A program made the position numbers and the translations under genes. 64,000 nucleotides of DNA from Octopus bimaculoides. Lineage: Eukaryota. Positions 35,458-48,851 of the stretch are shown in pieces. Location: NCBI RefSeq assembly GCF_001194135.2, contig NC_068982.1, positions 133,557,883-133,621,882 of the forward strand. Reading direction: 5' to 3'. The notes beneath the pieces are model-generated. The model did not search any database. It saw nothing but the letters and a program-made list of their open reading frames with translations, and had not been told where the DNA came from. Numbering within the stretch: position 1 is the first letter of the stretch; every line of letters begins with the position of its first letter.

Positions 35458-36176
35458 TTATATATATATATATATATATTTATANNNNNNNNNNNNNNNN
35501 NNNNNNNAATACTTGTATAAGAATATTGTTGACAATGAGTTCAAAGTTTTGGCCAGCTAAACCAAAAGGTTAGTAATAGGAAGAGCTACCAGCTGTAAAA
35601 TCCTGCCCTAATAACTCCTTATCTAAACCCATGCTAACATGGAAAAGCAGATATTCAATGAACAAGTGAATGACATACATACATACATAGACAGATAGAT
35701 AGATAAACAGATAGATAAATAGATAGATAGATAGATATAAAACATTGCATTTACCATTTAATTGTATTTCATTTACCCTGATTTATTTTTTGTCACCCAA
35801 ATTTCATTTTTATAATTCTTATATAATGCTGTTCATTTCCTATACTTGTGTGCCAATGCTAAGAATACCTGATCTATAATAGTAAACAATGGACTTTTTT
35901 TTTTGCCTTAAAGCACTGGATCAGGAACATTTTCAGAAGAAAACTATATTAGAAAATCCAATATGTAGGTTTCTTCATTTTTGTGTATTTCCATGTAGCT
36001 CACTTCTGAGAAATTCCCGATCCATTACTTAAGGGGAAAAAATCCATTGTTTGTGAATATAGAACAAGATTCTTGACTTTGGCATACAGGCATAGAAATT
36101 GAAAACCATTATATAGAGAAGAAAAATAAAATTCAGATCAGAAAAACGCAAGGCTGACGGAAAATATATATATAAT

Positions 36177-36229
<53 letters not shown>

Positions 36230-37175
36230 GGTGAATACAATGTTTTATATATTTCTATATGTATTTATGCATGTCCATGTCCATAAAAACCAAACCAAAT
36301 GACATGAACAATATCCAATAAGAAATGATTTGATCCATGACATACTGTCCAACCCATGCCAACATGGAAAGCAGAAGTAAAAATAAATGTGATGGTATAC
36401 ACACACATAAATAAGCATGTGTGTAAATTAAAAAATATTTAATGTTTGTTTTTCCATGCTTACATGGATCAAATGGATCTCTTTGATGCTGATTTTCTAT
36501 GAACAGATGCCCTTCCTCTCACCAACTGCCATATATCAAGCAAGATAATATCTCCCTATGGATGGATACGTTTTTCTCAGAAGATGGGACACAAAAGAAC
36601 ATTGCTTGTTTAGTGGTGACACGCATCATGCAATGTGTAGACAAAGAGGCACAACCTCCTCGCCACACACACGTGCGCACTTACGTATCATCATCATCTT
36701 CATCAGTGTTTAACATCCATTTTTCATGCTGACAGGGGTTGGATAGTTTGACATGGGGCTGGCCCACCGAGGAGCTGCCCATACTTCAATTGTCTGTTGT
36801 GGCACAGTTCCTACAGATGGATGCCCTTCCTAATGCCAACCACTTTACAGAGTGTGCTGGGTGCTTTTTACATGCCAATGGCATGGGTGCATTTATGCAG
36901 CACCAGCACAAATGCATTTTATGCATGGATGACAGTGATTTTACTTAGTTAGACATATCTTCTCAAGTACTGCAAATCTCCACAATCCTTGGTCCCTTGT
37001 CATTTCCTTGGCTTGGTTTCTATGGCTGGGTGCCCTTCCTAATGCCAACTACTCCAAGAATGTAGTGGGTGCCTTTTACGTGTTACCAGCACAGGTGCCC
37101 TTTACATGTCACCAGCATAGATACTTTTTACTTGTCACCATATATATATCGTAATGCCTTGATATATAAATTAAC

Positions 37176-37377
37176 ATAAGGCAGTAAGCTGACAGAAACG
37201 TTAGTATGCCGAGCGAAATGCTTAGTGGTATTTCTTTACGTTCTGAGTTCAAATTCCACCGAGGTCGACTTGGCTTTCATCCTTTCGGAGTCAATATATT
37301 AAGTACCAGTTGCGTACTGGGGTCGATCTAACTGACCCTCCCCCAAAATTTCAGGCTTTGAGCCTAGAGTAGCAAAG
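37176..37377 (+). mobile_element. Family 'B' SINE with 15-bp target-site duplication
   Basis: GATATATAAATTAAC at 37161-37175 and 37378-37392. The host appears to be a decayed Tigger-like MITE (about 37148-37522, right end GTAAAGTGAGGTATTACTG|TA). Confidence 0.88.
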
Positions 37378-37524
37378 GATATATAAATTAACTTGTTCCT
37401 GGAGACTGCTCATAAAGTGACAACTCATATATAGAAAATAAAACTTGTAAAATAAAAATTTGTAAACCCAGAGTCCCATAAAGTGGGTCCTTGTAAAGTG
37501 AGGTATTACTGTATATAAATACTT

Positions 37525-37775
37525 TTGAAAAAAATGAATAAGAATAGCTTTTCTGGTTATTTTTACACTTTATGTAATTAGATGTTTATTGGCCAATCTT
37601 TCAATACAGTAACACCTTCATCAACCAGACTCTGTTGTGTTGCATGCAATCTGTGGCATGGAGCTCCATCATGCTGAAAAATCTCACCTTCATCCAAGTC
37701 TAGTATCAAATTGTCCTTCAGCAACTGGATGTATTCAGCACCATTCAAGTTACCATCAATTTTAACAACTGAACA
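37525..37775 (-). mobile_element. Tc1-like transposase fragment
   Basis: VKIDGNLNGAEYIQLLKDNLI....GEIFQHDGAPCHR....QSLVDEGVTVLKDWP. The SPDLNPIE segment is deleted. Confidence 0.8.
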
Positions 37776-37777
37776 AA

Positions 37778-38672
37778 CATGTGACTGGAGCAAAATCGTG
37801 ACCAAGCCAAAAGTAATGTGGTGGTGGAATGATACAGTTGACAGGGCAGTAAATGCTAAGAAACAGGCATGGAAAACCTGGAAGGTAGTGGGTAGTAGGG
37901 AGCATTACTAAGTGGTTAGAGGAGCAGCTAGGTGAAAGGTATATTTGGCTAAGGGTGAGGCAGAGAGAAAGAAATTTGCACATGTTTTGCAACATGAAGA
38001 TCAAAGGCATGAAGTGTTTAGGATTAGAAAGCAGAGAGAGAGAGAGCTGAGATGTCATTGGTGAAAAGTGTATTCGGAATGATGAAAGCATACTTGCAAC
38101 TGATATGGCAGATAAAAAAGTGACATGGAAGTGCCATTATGAGAAGCTATTGAATGAGGAGAATGAATGGGATGAAGAGGAGCTACCTTGTGTAGACCCT
38201 ACAGCAATTTGAGTTGACAGCAGCGTAGATAAGGTGATCAAGGAGATGAAAAGTTGAAAAGCTACAAAGTCATCTGGGATAGATGTGGAGATGCTCAAAA
38301 TATCTAGTGAGGTAAGGTACAGGATTACCATCCAGATAATAAATTAAGTCATAAAAGAGTGAATCATACTCAATAGCTGGTGTAGTAATAACGTTGTAAA
38401 CTGCTACAAAGGCAAAGAAGATGCATTTGAAAAAAGCATTTATAGAGTAATTACATTACAGAAAGAGGTTATGGAAGGTCACAGAGAATGTCATAGCACA
38501 ACTGACTTGTGACAGAATAGATCTGGATGAAATGCAGTTTGGAAGAAGTACCTGGAAGAAGTAGTACAAATACAATCTTCCTAGTGAGACAACTACAGGA
38601 GAAATACTTGGCTAAGAGTTAAACCATTATTCTTCACTTTTGTTGACCTGGAGAAGGCATTTGAAATGGTAC
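37778..38672 (+). mobile_element. Internal fragment of RTE LINE ORF2 (pre-RT linker to RT domain 3)
   Basis: WWWNDTVDRAVNAKKQAWKTWK; DVIGEKCIRND; WKCHYEKLLNEENEWD; LDEMQFG; IFLVRQLQEKYLAK; FVDLEKAF. Confidence 0.85.
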
Positions 38673-39221
38673 TCTTCCATGGTGGCTTGAGATGAATGGT
38701 TTGACAGGATCCAAGTTGCAAGGCTGCATCAAGCTCCCTTACCAGTTTTAGCATGATTTCTATGCCTGGTTGCCCCTCCTAACACCAACCACTTTATAGA
38801 ACGTACTGTGCGCTTCTTCTATGCTACTGGCACTAGTTTGGTTGCTGGTAACTTGCAAGACAGAAGAAGAACATGAAGAGGTAAAGGAAAAAGCTTCCAC
38901 TTCTAAATAGGGAGTGTTTAAGAGGGGAAGGTTGCTTTATGCCTGATGCTAAAAGGCTAAAGTAAGGGACAAACATAGGTGTTTTGCAATGGAGGGGATA
39001 CATGGCTAAACTCTACTATATAGGGAGGTGGATGAGAGTAGTTGAGGAGATACATTCCAACACACATATAAACACACACACACAAGTAGAGAGAGAGATT
39101 AGTAGGAAGAAAGTTCTTTCAGTTTTTGTTAACCAAAACTAAATCCACTCACAAGGCTTTGGTTAACCCAGGCCTATAGTACAAGAGACTTGACCCAAGA
39201 TGCCACACAGTGAGATTGAAC

Positions 39222-39321
<100 letters not shown>

Positions 39322-39920
39322 TACACACATATACGCACTCGCACATACCTGTTTCTTTCAAACTAACTTATAAGATTTACAATCCTGCTTCACTCCTTTT
39401 TTTTTTTGAAACTAGTCACAAATAAATTTATATAGTTAACTCTAGTTCCTGAAGTACTTACTATTATATTTTGTATGTTAAAACCTTGTTCATGTGATCA
39501 AGCACACAAGAACACACACAAGCATACATACTTGCACACACACACATACACATACTTACATACATATGATGTTTTATATATGATAAAGTCATTATAAAAT
39601 CTGATACATTCTTGATGTAGCCATTATTAGATTTCCAGACATAATATTGATTTCCTCTCTTACTACAAAGCCTAAAATTTGCAAGGGAGGTGGTGTATAG
39701 GTGAGCATACAACTAAATTTAAATAATCCTCAGAAAATACCCTGAATATTATTTCATCATCCCAGGAGGAAGAAAATCTTTAAAAAATTTGAACCCAGAA
39801 AACAGAGGAACAAAACTAAGTGTTGTAAATCTACATCTAGGAAGATATGCTGAGGAAAAAGAAATTTTTTTGTTTTCTTTTCCACAAGATATCTGTAATA
39901 GGTGTAGGCATGGTTGTGTG

Positions 39921-40190
39921 CACTAGTGTAGGCAGAGTGCGTGCCACCTGGGGTGGGTGGCCCTTCTATTTTTGCCCCCCCCANNNNNNNNNNNNNNNNN
40001 NNNNNNNNNNNNNNNNNNNNNNNNNNNNNNNNNNNNNNNNNNNNNNNNNNNNNNNNNNNNNNNNNNNNNNNNNNNNNNNNNNNNNNNNCCTCAAAAAACA
40101 TATTGCCTACAGCAGACCCAAAAGTGGTGCTCCTTTAAAAGTGTCGCCCAGGCGGACTGCCCGTACAGCCCCATCCTAGCTACACTAGTG
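39921..40190. mobile_element. hAT-type MITE inserted in the A-box region of a family 'A' SINE
   Basis: CACTAGTGTAG ... CTACACTAGTG perfect 11-bp TIR; 8-bp flanks GTTGTGTG / GTTGTGTT. Removing it restores GGCATGGTTGTGTG-GTAAGAAG. Contains an N gap. Confidence 0.75.
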
Positions 40191-41298
40191 GTTGTGTTGT
40201 AAGAAGTTTTCTTCCCAACTCTGTGGCAGTTTGGGCAAGTGTCTTCTACTATAGTCTCAGGCTGACTGAAGCTTTGTGAGTGGATTTGGTAGATGGAAAC
40301 AAAGAGAAACCCATCATGTGTGTATGTGTGTGTCTTTGTGTCTGTGTCTGTCTTCCACACTACTTGGCAACCAACGTTTGTGTGTTTACATTCTTGCAAC
40401 TTAGTGGTTTGGCAAAAGGACAGATAAAATTAATACTAGGCTTTAAAAACAAAAGTACTGGAGTTGATTCTTTTGACTCAAAATTCTTCAAGGTGGTGCC
40501 CCAGCGTGGCTGCAGTATACTGGCTAAACAAGTAAAAGATAAAAGGTTATAATCTTGCATAGGAAATCTTAATGTGATTGTAACCATTCTTAATCCTGAT
40601 GCCAAAATCATCTGGGGTTTAAACTTACATTAACAAGGTTGCTTATCATATTATTAGGATAGGAACCTCTTGTGTTCTTCAATGGGTTTAAATGCAAAGA
40701 CTGCCTACTGGAGCTTCAATGCATTTCTTGTTTCTCCTTAGCCTCACTTTAAGATGGCTCCCACTGGCAGGCTCAAGCACCTTTTACATCTTTTCTCTGC
40801 TAGAGAGCTGCATAGATAGCCAGGCAATTAACACTGGAGTTGTTTCCCCTGTTTGTATGATCTTATTAGCACAACAGAATAGCACTCTTTTATATGGCTT
40901 TCTCATGGGGTGAGACAGTGACTGCAATCTTTGCAAGCCATTGGAGACTTGTGAGATTGATAGAGTTAATGCTCATCCTGAATAACTGCTAATTACACCA
41001 ACAAGAAAATTGTGGATGAGAAGGAAATTCCTGAGGATTGATGCACTGGGGAAAACATAGGTGAGAGAGTATTTGCCAATTAGACAGTCTTCTTTTTAAA
41101 TGCTGCCTAAGATGCGTGTGTGCATATGTGTAAAGGAGCAACATTGTTCCCTATATTTGAACAGTACCACATTAAGGTAATTTACATGAGCTGTGCAGAG
41201 TGTTAACAACTGGTCAGAGCTGAAGTATTTTGTGGCCCTGAAGCAGAACGCCTTTGCAATTTTAAGATATCTTAATTTTTTTTTTTCATCAAGTGTAC

Positions 41299-41351
<53 letters not shown>

Positions 41352-43894
41352 TTTGTAAAATAGGCATAGAGAGAATCTGAGAAGATACAAAAGCTCAAAC
41401 ATTAAGTTTTGTTTGAAATGAATAATCTCTTCAAAGGTAGACTAAGTATGTTCATATCCAAATAATAGACTACATCATATGAAGTGTGATAAAAGGAATA
41501 ATTCATCTTTTATAGAAGTTGGAGTGTCTGGTGATAGAAATAAATATTAATTCAATTCATCAGGTAAACAAGAATCGAACGGAACATAAACTGGCTCCAG
41601 AGACTGAATATATACATACATATATATATATACATATATATATATATATGCAAAATCATGTAGTAGATACACTAATATGTCAAATTAATCTATTTCTCCA
41701 AAGAATGAAAAAATGATGAACAGCCTTAATAAATTTTTGACTCTTATTGGGTCTCATCAGGTGTCTACATCACATGGCCAATCCCTGAAAAACAGGTAAC
41801 CAATCTGTTTATATACACATCAAATCTAGTATCTCTAGAGAACTGGGACCACTTGATTTACATACTATAGGTGCTTAACTGCGTATTCAATATTAGAAGC
41901 CTGTCAATCAACAGGGAATGCAATCCATACAGTTATTAGGTATGATATGTATATGTATATGTATATGTGTGTGTGTATATATATATATATATATTGTTTG
42001 TAGAAATACATAAATCTGGAGGAGAAGCACACTCTAAGATGTAGAACAGTTATTATATTGTGGTTACCTGGTTACCCCATAAACTGGCCTACCCCACTAT
42101 AATATATATATATTTTAAATATATATATATATTAAATATAGTTGTTGGTTATGGACAGTTAGGGAGTTACTCTTGGTTTCACACCTTTAAAGTTCTCAGC
42201 TGTATAGGTGACTTATCAGTCTTGTTGGCTAGAGGCACAATCTCTGAGGAAAATAGTCTTGGCCAGTCAGTATATTACACACACACACACACATATTATT
42301 CCAACCCTAAGTAATAGTTCAGTTTCAATTTTTGTTCTTTACATCCATTCTTTTCATGCTATGATGATATTTCTGAAACAGTTGTTTTTGCTTTTGAATT
42401 CTTTTCTGCTTTTAGCCACAATACTGTGAAGTAAGAGTAGGACCTGTTTTATCAGTCTAGTAAACAGCTATGTACCATACTCAGAGACAAAAACAAAAAA
42501 AAAAATCAATTACTACAGTAAGATTTGAACTCACACCCACTAATCTTACATCTTTTGTGCTTGGCTTCATTTCATTAGACAAATATAGATTGTCTGAAAT
42601 CTGACACAAGTTTAATTGGAGGTGGAGCTCAATTAAAATTATTTTACAACAAATATTTTACAATGAAGATCACTAAATTTAACCCTTTGACCCTTAAAGA
42701 TACACTTTAGCAGGTGTGATTTCCTTTGACTAGATACCCCTGAAAGATACAGAAGCAGGTGCTGACCTACAACAGTTTAAATGGAACATTAATGGTTGAG
42801 CCCCATTCATCTCAGAGGATCTGCAAAGGTGATAGGTACTGCCCCTTCTAGAAGAAGTGGCAGAACCTATGACCTCAGCAAGAAATATGGTTTGCCCAGG
42901 GACCACCAGAAAGCAGACAGACACATACACATACCTCATACATTTGCATGCACACACACACTTTAGCACACATACACACAATTGCACACAAGCACATATT
43001 TGCACTTGCACACAACTGTATAGTAGGTGCAGTAAGGTTCTAAACTCATAACCTTGCAGCCATTGTGTGCAACTTCAGTTGATTAGGTAAAAATTTAAGC
43101 ATAAACTAAACTCTTAACAAGTTTTATTGGAGGTGAAACTCAATAAAATTATTGTACAACGAAAATCCTAAATTGTACAGTCAGCTGATATTGAACTCTT
43201 ACCATCTTCAGCTCAGTTGTCAATTAGCTTGCTTAACTGACTACATTTCACAGACATTGATCATATAAAACAGAAGCCATAAATAACAACTCTCTACTTT
43301 GTTATGCAGAGGAAACATTAATATTTGGCCTATTTATATAACCAGACATAATCAATATCATTAACTGATCTTTCCTAACAGATCAGTAAGATTACTGTCA
43401 GCTATAAAGTTAACCAGACAATCTATTCTACCTTCAAAACTGGTGAAGTTTCTCTTGGTACACATACACACAAACACACACACACACACAGACACACCCC
43501 GGAACCCGAGCCCCACCTCAAACACACACACACACACACACAAATGCTCATCGCACTGTGTGTAAGTTTGATTGTCTGTGTGTATGCGTGTCTGATTGTA
43601 TATGTGTGTGTTTTATACTTATACATATGCTCTAGTTTATATTATTTGCTGGCAAAAGAGTAAAACAGTTAAAAAAAACAATAAAAAAACTTACCAAATG
43701 ACACATAGATACACATATACAAACACATACATATGTGTAGACATACATACATACAAATTTGCCACCAGTTAAGCAAAAGAGGAGTGGTTTGATGCCTGTC
43801 AGCAGGAGGGACATCTTTATTTTTTTGCATCTGAATTATTGTTTACAAACGTTTGATATAGTAACTGAATACATTAATTTACAATTTATTCATA

Positions 43895-43961
<67 letters not shown>

Positions 43962-44659
43962 ATGTAAAGCAGGAGAGAGAGAGAGAGAGAAAGAGAGAGA
44001 CAGGCAGAAAAATAGATAATAGAGAGTGATATCTTTTATATTTTACTTATGTCAGTCATTGGACTATGGCTATTCTGGAGCACTGTCTGGAATATGTGTG
44101 TGTGCGTGTGTGTATACACACATGCACACACACACTGAGTTTCCACACAGTTCCCACCTCCCAAATTCACTCACAAAGCAGTGTTTGGCCCAGGGCTACT
44201 GTAGAAAATACTTGCCCAAAATGCAATACAGTGGAACTGAACCCAGAACCATGTGGCTGGAAAGCAAGCTTCTTACCGCACAATCATACTTCATCACTGC
44301 ATTTGCTTTCAATTTTCCATGCTTTCATAAGTCAGACAGAATTTATTGAGGTGGATTTTCTAAAGCCAGATGCCCTTCTTGTTACCAACCCTCACTTATT
44401 TCCAAGTAAGGTAATATTTCTCCATAATCAGACATGTTTTCATGGAAGATCAAGAACAAAATACACTACTTGGATGAGGCTTTTTTGGAGCTGGAATTTT
44501 CTACAGGGAGCAATGCCCTTGCTTACCTCCAACCTCAGCTTCTAGACATGAGTGGTCCCGAGACCATGGCCTCTACCACGATTTTTAAGAAATGTAGTGG
44601 AAAACTAGCTCAGGAAGGCAGGAACACTACTCCCTGAGATCCCTTTCAGAGCCCCCCTA

Positions 44660-45050
44660 CCTGAAAGAGTAATGGTGAGAGAAATGTGTGGCATGAGGTT
44701 GTTTGATAAGAAGAAGACTGAGGATGCTGGGGTTGCAGGAATCAGTGGAATGGCTGGTAAAGGCAATTGGAGTGCTGTAGTATGGGCATATGTTGAGGAG
44801 GGACGAGGAGTATGTTCTGAAGAGGGTGCTAGAGTTTGAGGTAAATAGACAGCAAAAGCGTGGTAGACCGAGGAAAATGTGGAGGAGACAGGGGAGGAGG
44901 AGACTGGGAAGGTTGGCTTGAAAAGGGAGGACGCCCAAGACCGGGCAAGATAGCAAGATGGTGTGAGGGCGGTTGCTATGGCATTGAGGTAGATCCGGCC
45001 ACCCCAGTTAATGGGGACAAAACCTGGATTTAGAATGACAGATGATGATG
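44660..45050 (+). mobile_element. 3' end of a second RTE LINE family
   Basis: MVREMCGMRLFDKKKTED..GLQESVEWLVKAIGVL*YGHMLRRDEEYVLKRVLEFEV.RQQKRGRPRKMWRRQ, with a different short tail ending (GAT)n. Confidence 0.8.
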
Positions 45051-45295
45051 ACTACTTGATTGACAGCAACATTTGTTTACAACTATAAGAGGATGTCAAC
45101 ACAAGTAACACACACACACACCTAATCCACTCACAAGCCTTTGCCTGGCCCAGGGCAATACTTGCCCAAGGTGCCATACAGCAGAGTTGAACATGGAAGC
45201 ATATGGCTAGGAAGTGAATACCATACAGGCTTGAGCCTATATGTGTGTGTGTGTATGTGCGCATATATATATATATATATATATATAAGGCAAGA

Positions 45296-45647
45296 CACTC
45301 CGTTGGTTACGACGACGAGGGTTCTGGTTGATCCGATCAATGGAACAGCCTGCTCATGAAATTAATGTGCAAGTGGCTGAGCACTCCACAGACACGTGTA
45401 CCCTTAACATAGTTCTAAGAGAGATTCAGCGAGACACAAAGTGTGACAAGGCTGGCCCTTTGAAATACAGGTACAACAGAAACAGGAAGAAAGGGTGAGA
45501 GAAAGTTGTGGTGAAAGAGTACAGCAGGCTTCGCCACCACCCTCTGCTGGAGCCTCATGGAGTTTTAGGTGGTCCCGGTCTGGGAATCGAAACTGCAATC
45601 CTATGACCACAAGTCTGCTGCCCTAACCACTGGGCCATTGTGCCTCC
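45296..45647 (-). mobile_element. tRNA-derived SINE, family 'C' (my label)
   Basis: Head GGAGGCACAATGGCCCAGTGGTTAGGGCAGCAGAC...GCAGTTTCGATTCCCAG (clear A/B boxes). The body and tail are shared with 58095-58400(-). Confidence 0.85.
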
Positions 45648-46226
45648 ACATATGTATATATATAGACATGTATGCATACATACATATATATATGTGTGTG
45701 TGCATTTGTGTATGTACATAGGAACAACATTATAGATGGTCCCATAACCAAAATCTTGTACAAATGCCCTTTTCTTGGAAATAGAGGGAAAAAATGTAAC
45801 CTAGAAAAGTTGGTCCCAGGATGAAGACTTCTGTTGTCTTTATTTGACTATCTTCATATCTGTACACTTTAAAAGAGAGGCTGTGATATCAGTAGATCGT
45901 TATCCAAGGTGGTGTTGCCACAAAAGCTCAATGATATCCTGTACTTATCTGCAAGGCAGTGCTCTGCAGCAAGACACACTTAGCTTGTGCAACTCACCCC
46001 ATCAATCAAATTGCAGTCCTAGGTCTGATTGGGCAATAATACAATGCGCCACCTGGTCTACAAATTAATCATGAGTCCAGTAGCTTTTTCACGAGGCTAT
46101 GTGGTTTCATTACCAGTAAGTAGGTTATAAGATATCCCTGGAAAGAGCAAATCCATTTCAGATTAAAACAACTTAAGCCCAGTGTACAATTCCAACTACC
46201 ATTGCATTAAGAAAGATAGAATCCTG

Positions 46227-46349
46227 ATCAACTAGTACAGTCATAACTTATGCTGGTACCTTGAATTCTTTTCCATTATGTCATCATAATCATAAACATC
46301 ATCATCATCATCACTGTCATGTCCAAAATCACCATCATCATCACTGTCA
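46227..46349. repeat. Inverted duplicate of 49879-50000
   Basis: About 122 bp; reverse complements differ by one substitution and one 1-nt indel. Confidence 0.92.
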
Positions 46350-46490
46350 CTGAGTGGACTGGAGCAACATGAAATGAAGTGTTTTGTTCACGAACACAAT
46401 GTGCTGCCTTATCCAGCAATTGAATCCGTGATCTACCAATTGTGTGAGCAACACTCTAACCACTAGGCCATTCACCTTTATGTATTTGTA

Positions 46491-46521
<31 letters not shown>

Positions 46522-46699
46522 CATCATCATCATCATAGTTTAACGTCCGCTTTCCATGCTAGCATGGGTTGGACGATTTGACTGAGGACTGGTGAACCAG
46601 GTGNNNNNNNNNNGCTAGCATGGGTTGGACGATTTGACTGAGGACTGGTGAACCAGGTGGTTACACCAGGCTCCAATCTGATTTGGCAGAGTTTCTACA

Positions 46700-47375
46700 A
46701 CTGGATGCCCTGTCAGTGTGCATACACGACAGTGTAAGTGCCCCTGAGAGAAAAGTTGGACGTATGAAGCATCAGATGTGGTGTGCAAAAGAGACGACTG
46801 TGCTGGTATGGTCATGTGATGCATATAGATGAGGACAGCTATGTGAAGAAGTGATCACACCCTAACAGTGGAGGGACCCAGGAAGACATGGGATGAAGTG
46901 GTGAAGCATGGCCTTTGAACATTGGGCCTCACAGGGGCAATGACAAGCAACCGAGACCTTTGGAGATATACTGTGCATAAGACCCAGGAAGACATGGGAC
47001 AAGGTGGTAAAGCATGATCTTCGAACTTTGGGTCTCATGGAGGCAATGACTGGTGACAGACCTTTGGTGATATGCTGTGCTTGAGAAGACTTGTCAAGCT
47101 AAGTGAAATTATGAGACCTTTTGCTGTACTTGAGAAAAAGACCCATCAAGCCAAGTAAAATTGTAGTCATGGAAGATACTGGTATCATGCAAACGGCTCT
47201 TGTGCTGGTGGCATGTAAAAGCACTCATTACACTCTCAGAGTGGTTGGTGTTAGGAAGGGTATCCAGCTATAGAAAGTATGCCAACTCAGACTGGGGTCT
47301 GCTGCAGCTTTCGAGCCTGCCAGCCCTGGTCAAACCATCCAACCCATGCCAGCATGGATAAGACGTTAAATGATG

Positions 47376-47378
<3 letters not shown>
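46700..47378 (+). mobile_element. 5'-truncated RTE LINE with internal ~105-bp tandem duplication
   Basis: LREKLDV*SIRCGVQKRRLCWYGHVM; the GACCCAGGAAGACATGGGA unit starts at 46876 and 46981; RTE tail. Confidence 0.85.
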
Positions 47379-47416
<38 letters not shown>

Positions 47417-47685
47417 TATATGTATGTGTATATGTGTGTATATATGTAAGTAATTCTTACATAGAGGAACTTGTTGCAGATAAAGTTATAAATAAAATCC
47501 TGTAGAATATTGGGTTAAGAATTCTTTTGCATAGAAAAAGACTGGCTTTATTTCATCCAAAGGGATTTTTAATCCAGTATTCTACATGCTATTATTTTTA
47601 GCTTTATTTACTTTGAGTTCCACCATAAAAATTAATTTAATTCAATTTTCTTATAGTTTTTAAATTTATATATCATCCAACTTTC

Positions 47686-47741
<56 letters not shown>

Positions 47742-47759
47742 TCCTCTAACATTCTAACA

Positions 47760-47791
47760 AGATAGATAGATAGATAGATAGACAGACAGAT

Positions 47792-47837
<46 letters not shown>

Positions 47838-47838
47838 T

Positions 47839-47876
<38 letters not shown>

Positions 47877-47910
47877 AAGACTGATAGATAGATTGACAGA
47901 CAAACAGATA
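47760..47910. repeat. (GATA)n/(GACA)n compound microsatellite
   Basis: Directly visible; a similar array lies at about 35680-35740. Confidence 0.95.
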
Positions 47911-48851
47911 GACACACACACACACACACACACCTGTTGTCCTCTGGTCTGGCAATTTCACCAATTTATTGAGCTGGATAAGAACTTTTCTTTCTTTTAT
48001 CAATATCCAAAAGAATGAGTAAAAATGACCTAAGCAAGATTTGAACTCAAACTGCAGAAAGTCACAACAAACACTACAAGGCATTCTGTTCAATACTGTA
48101 ATGTGTATGAAGAAGACAGGTGACAAATTGGCAGAGCACTGGACTGGAAGTTGTGTGCTATCTGCACTGGTTCTATGCATTTTAAAGTTCAAGTTACTCA
48201 TCATTGATAGGTAGTGATGCTTCCCTCAGAAGATATGACTGACAAACAGTATTTGAAAAACCAATGGAAACATAGTTTTGTCTGTTCAATCTGAAGACCA
48301 ACAGCTGTCACCACCACCACCACAACCATCACAACTACTACCATTCCCACCATATCCTCACCTTCATGACTCCCACCACCACCACCACCACCACCACCAC
48401 TACTATAACATGATAAATATAGATTTTAGATTGAGAACTGAGCGAGCCACAGCATAACAAGATAAGAAATTGAATAAAGAATTACTATCCTTAAATTATT
48501 CCACATAAAAACAGACTACAAGAGCAAAACCCATGAATCAGCATTATTATCAACAGCATTATGAACTGGCCATATGATATGAACTGCTAATTTCTTGGCT
48601 GATTACCCAGAATACTAAGGAACTTAGCCAACTGGTGCTGTCATCTAACAAAGTCAAGAAATTACTATTGTGGCAGTATCATGGGGTCAGCACTAACTGA
48701 ACAGACTTATGAGGAAAACTGTTCCAACTGTGACCATCCAGTCTTCTTTTAGGATTACATCATTGTGTTCCTCCCTTTTATTTTTAAACAGTTAGAGCTG
48801 CAGTTGAAGGAGACTTGGGATTTGGTTGCTATTTCTAGTAGTTAAACAGGT

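Noticed and set aside
45560-45647. tRNA gene candidates in SINE heads (also 58800-58890)
   Set aside because: A and B boxes are present, but I cannot fold a full cloverleaf and they continue into SINE bodies.
46559-46665. Direct duplication on both sides of a 10-N gap (also 18334-18400)
   Set aside because: Typical unmerged contig overlap in scaffolding, not a biological duplication.
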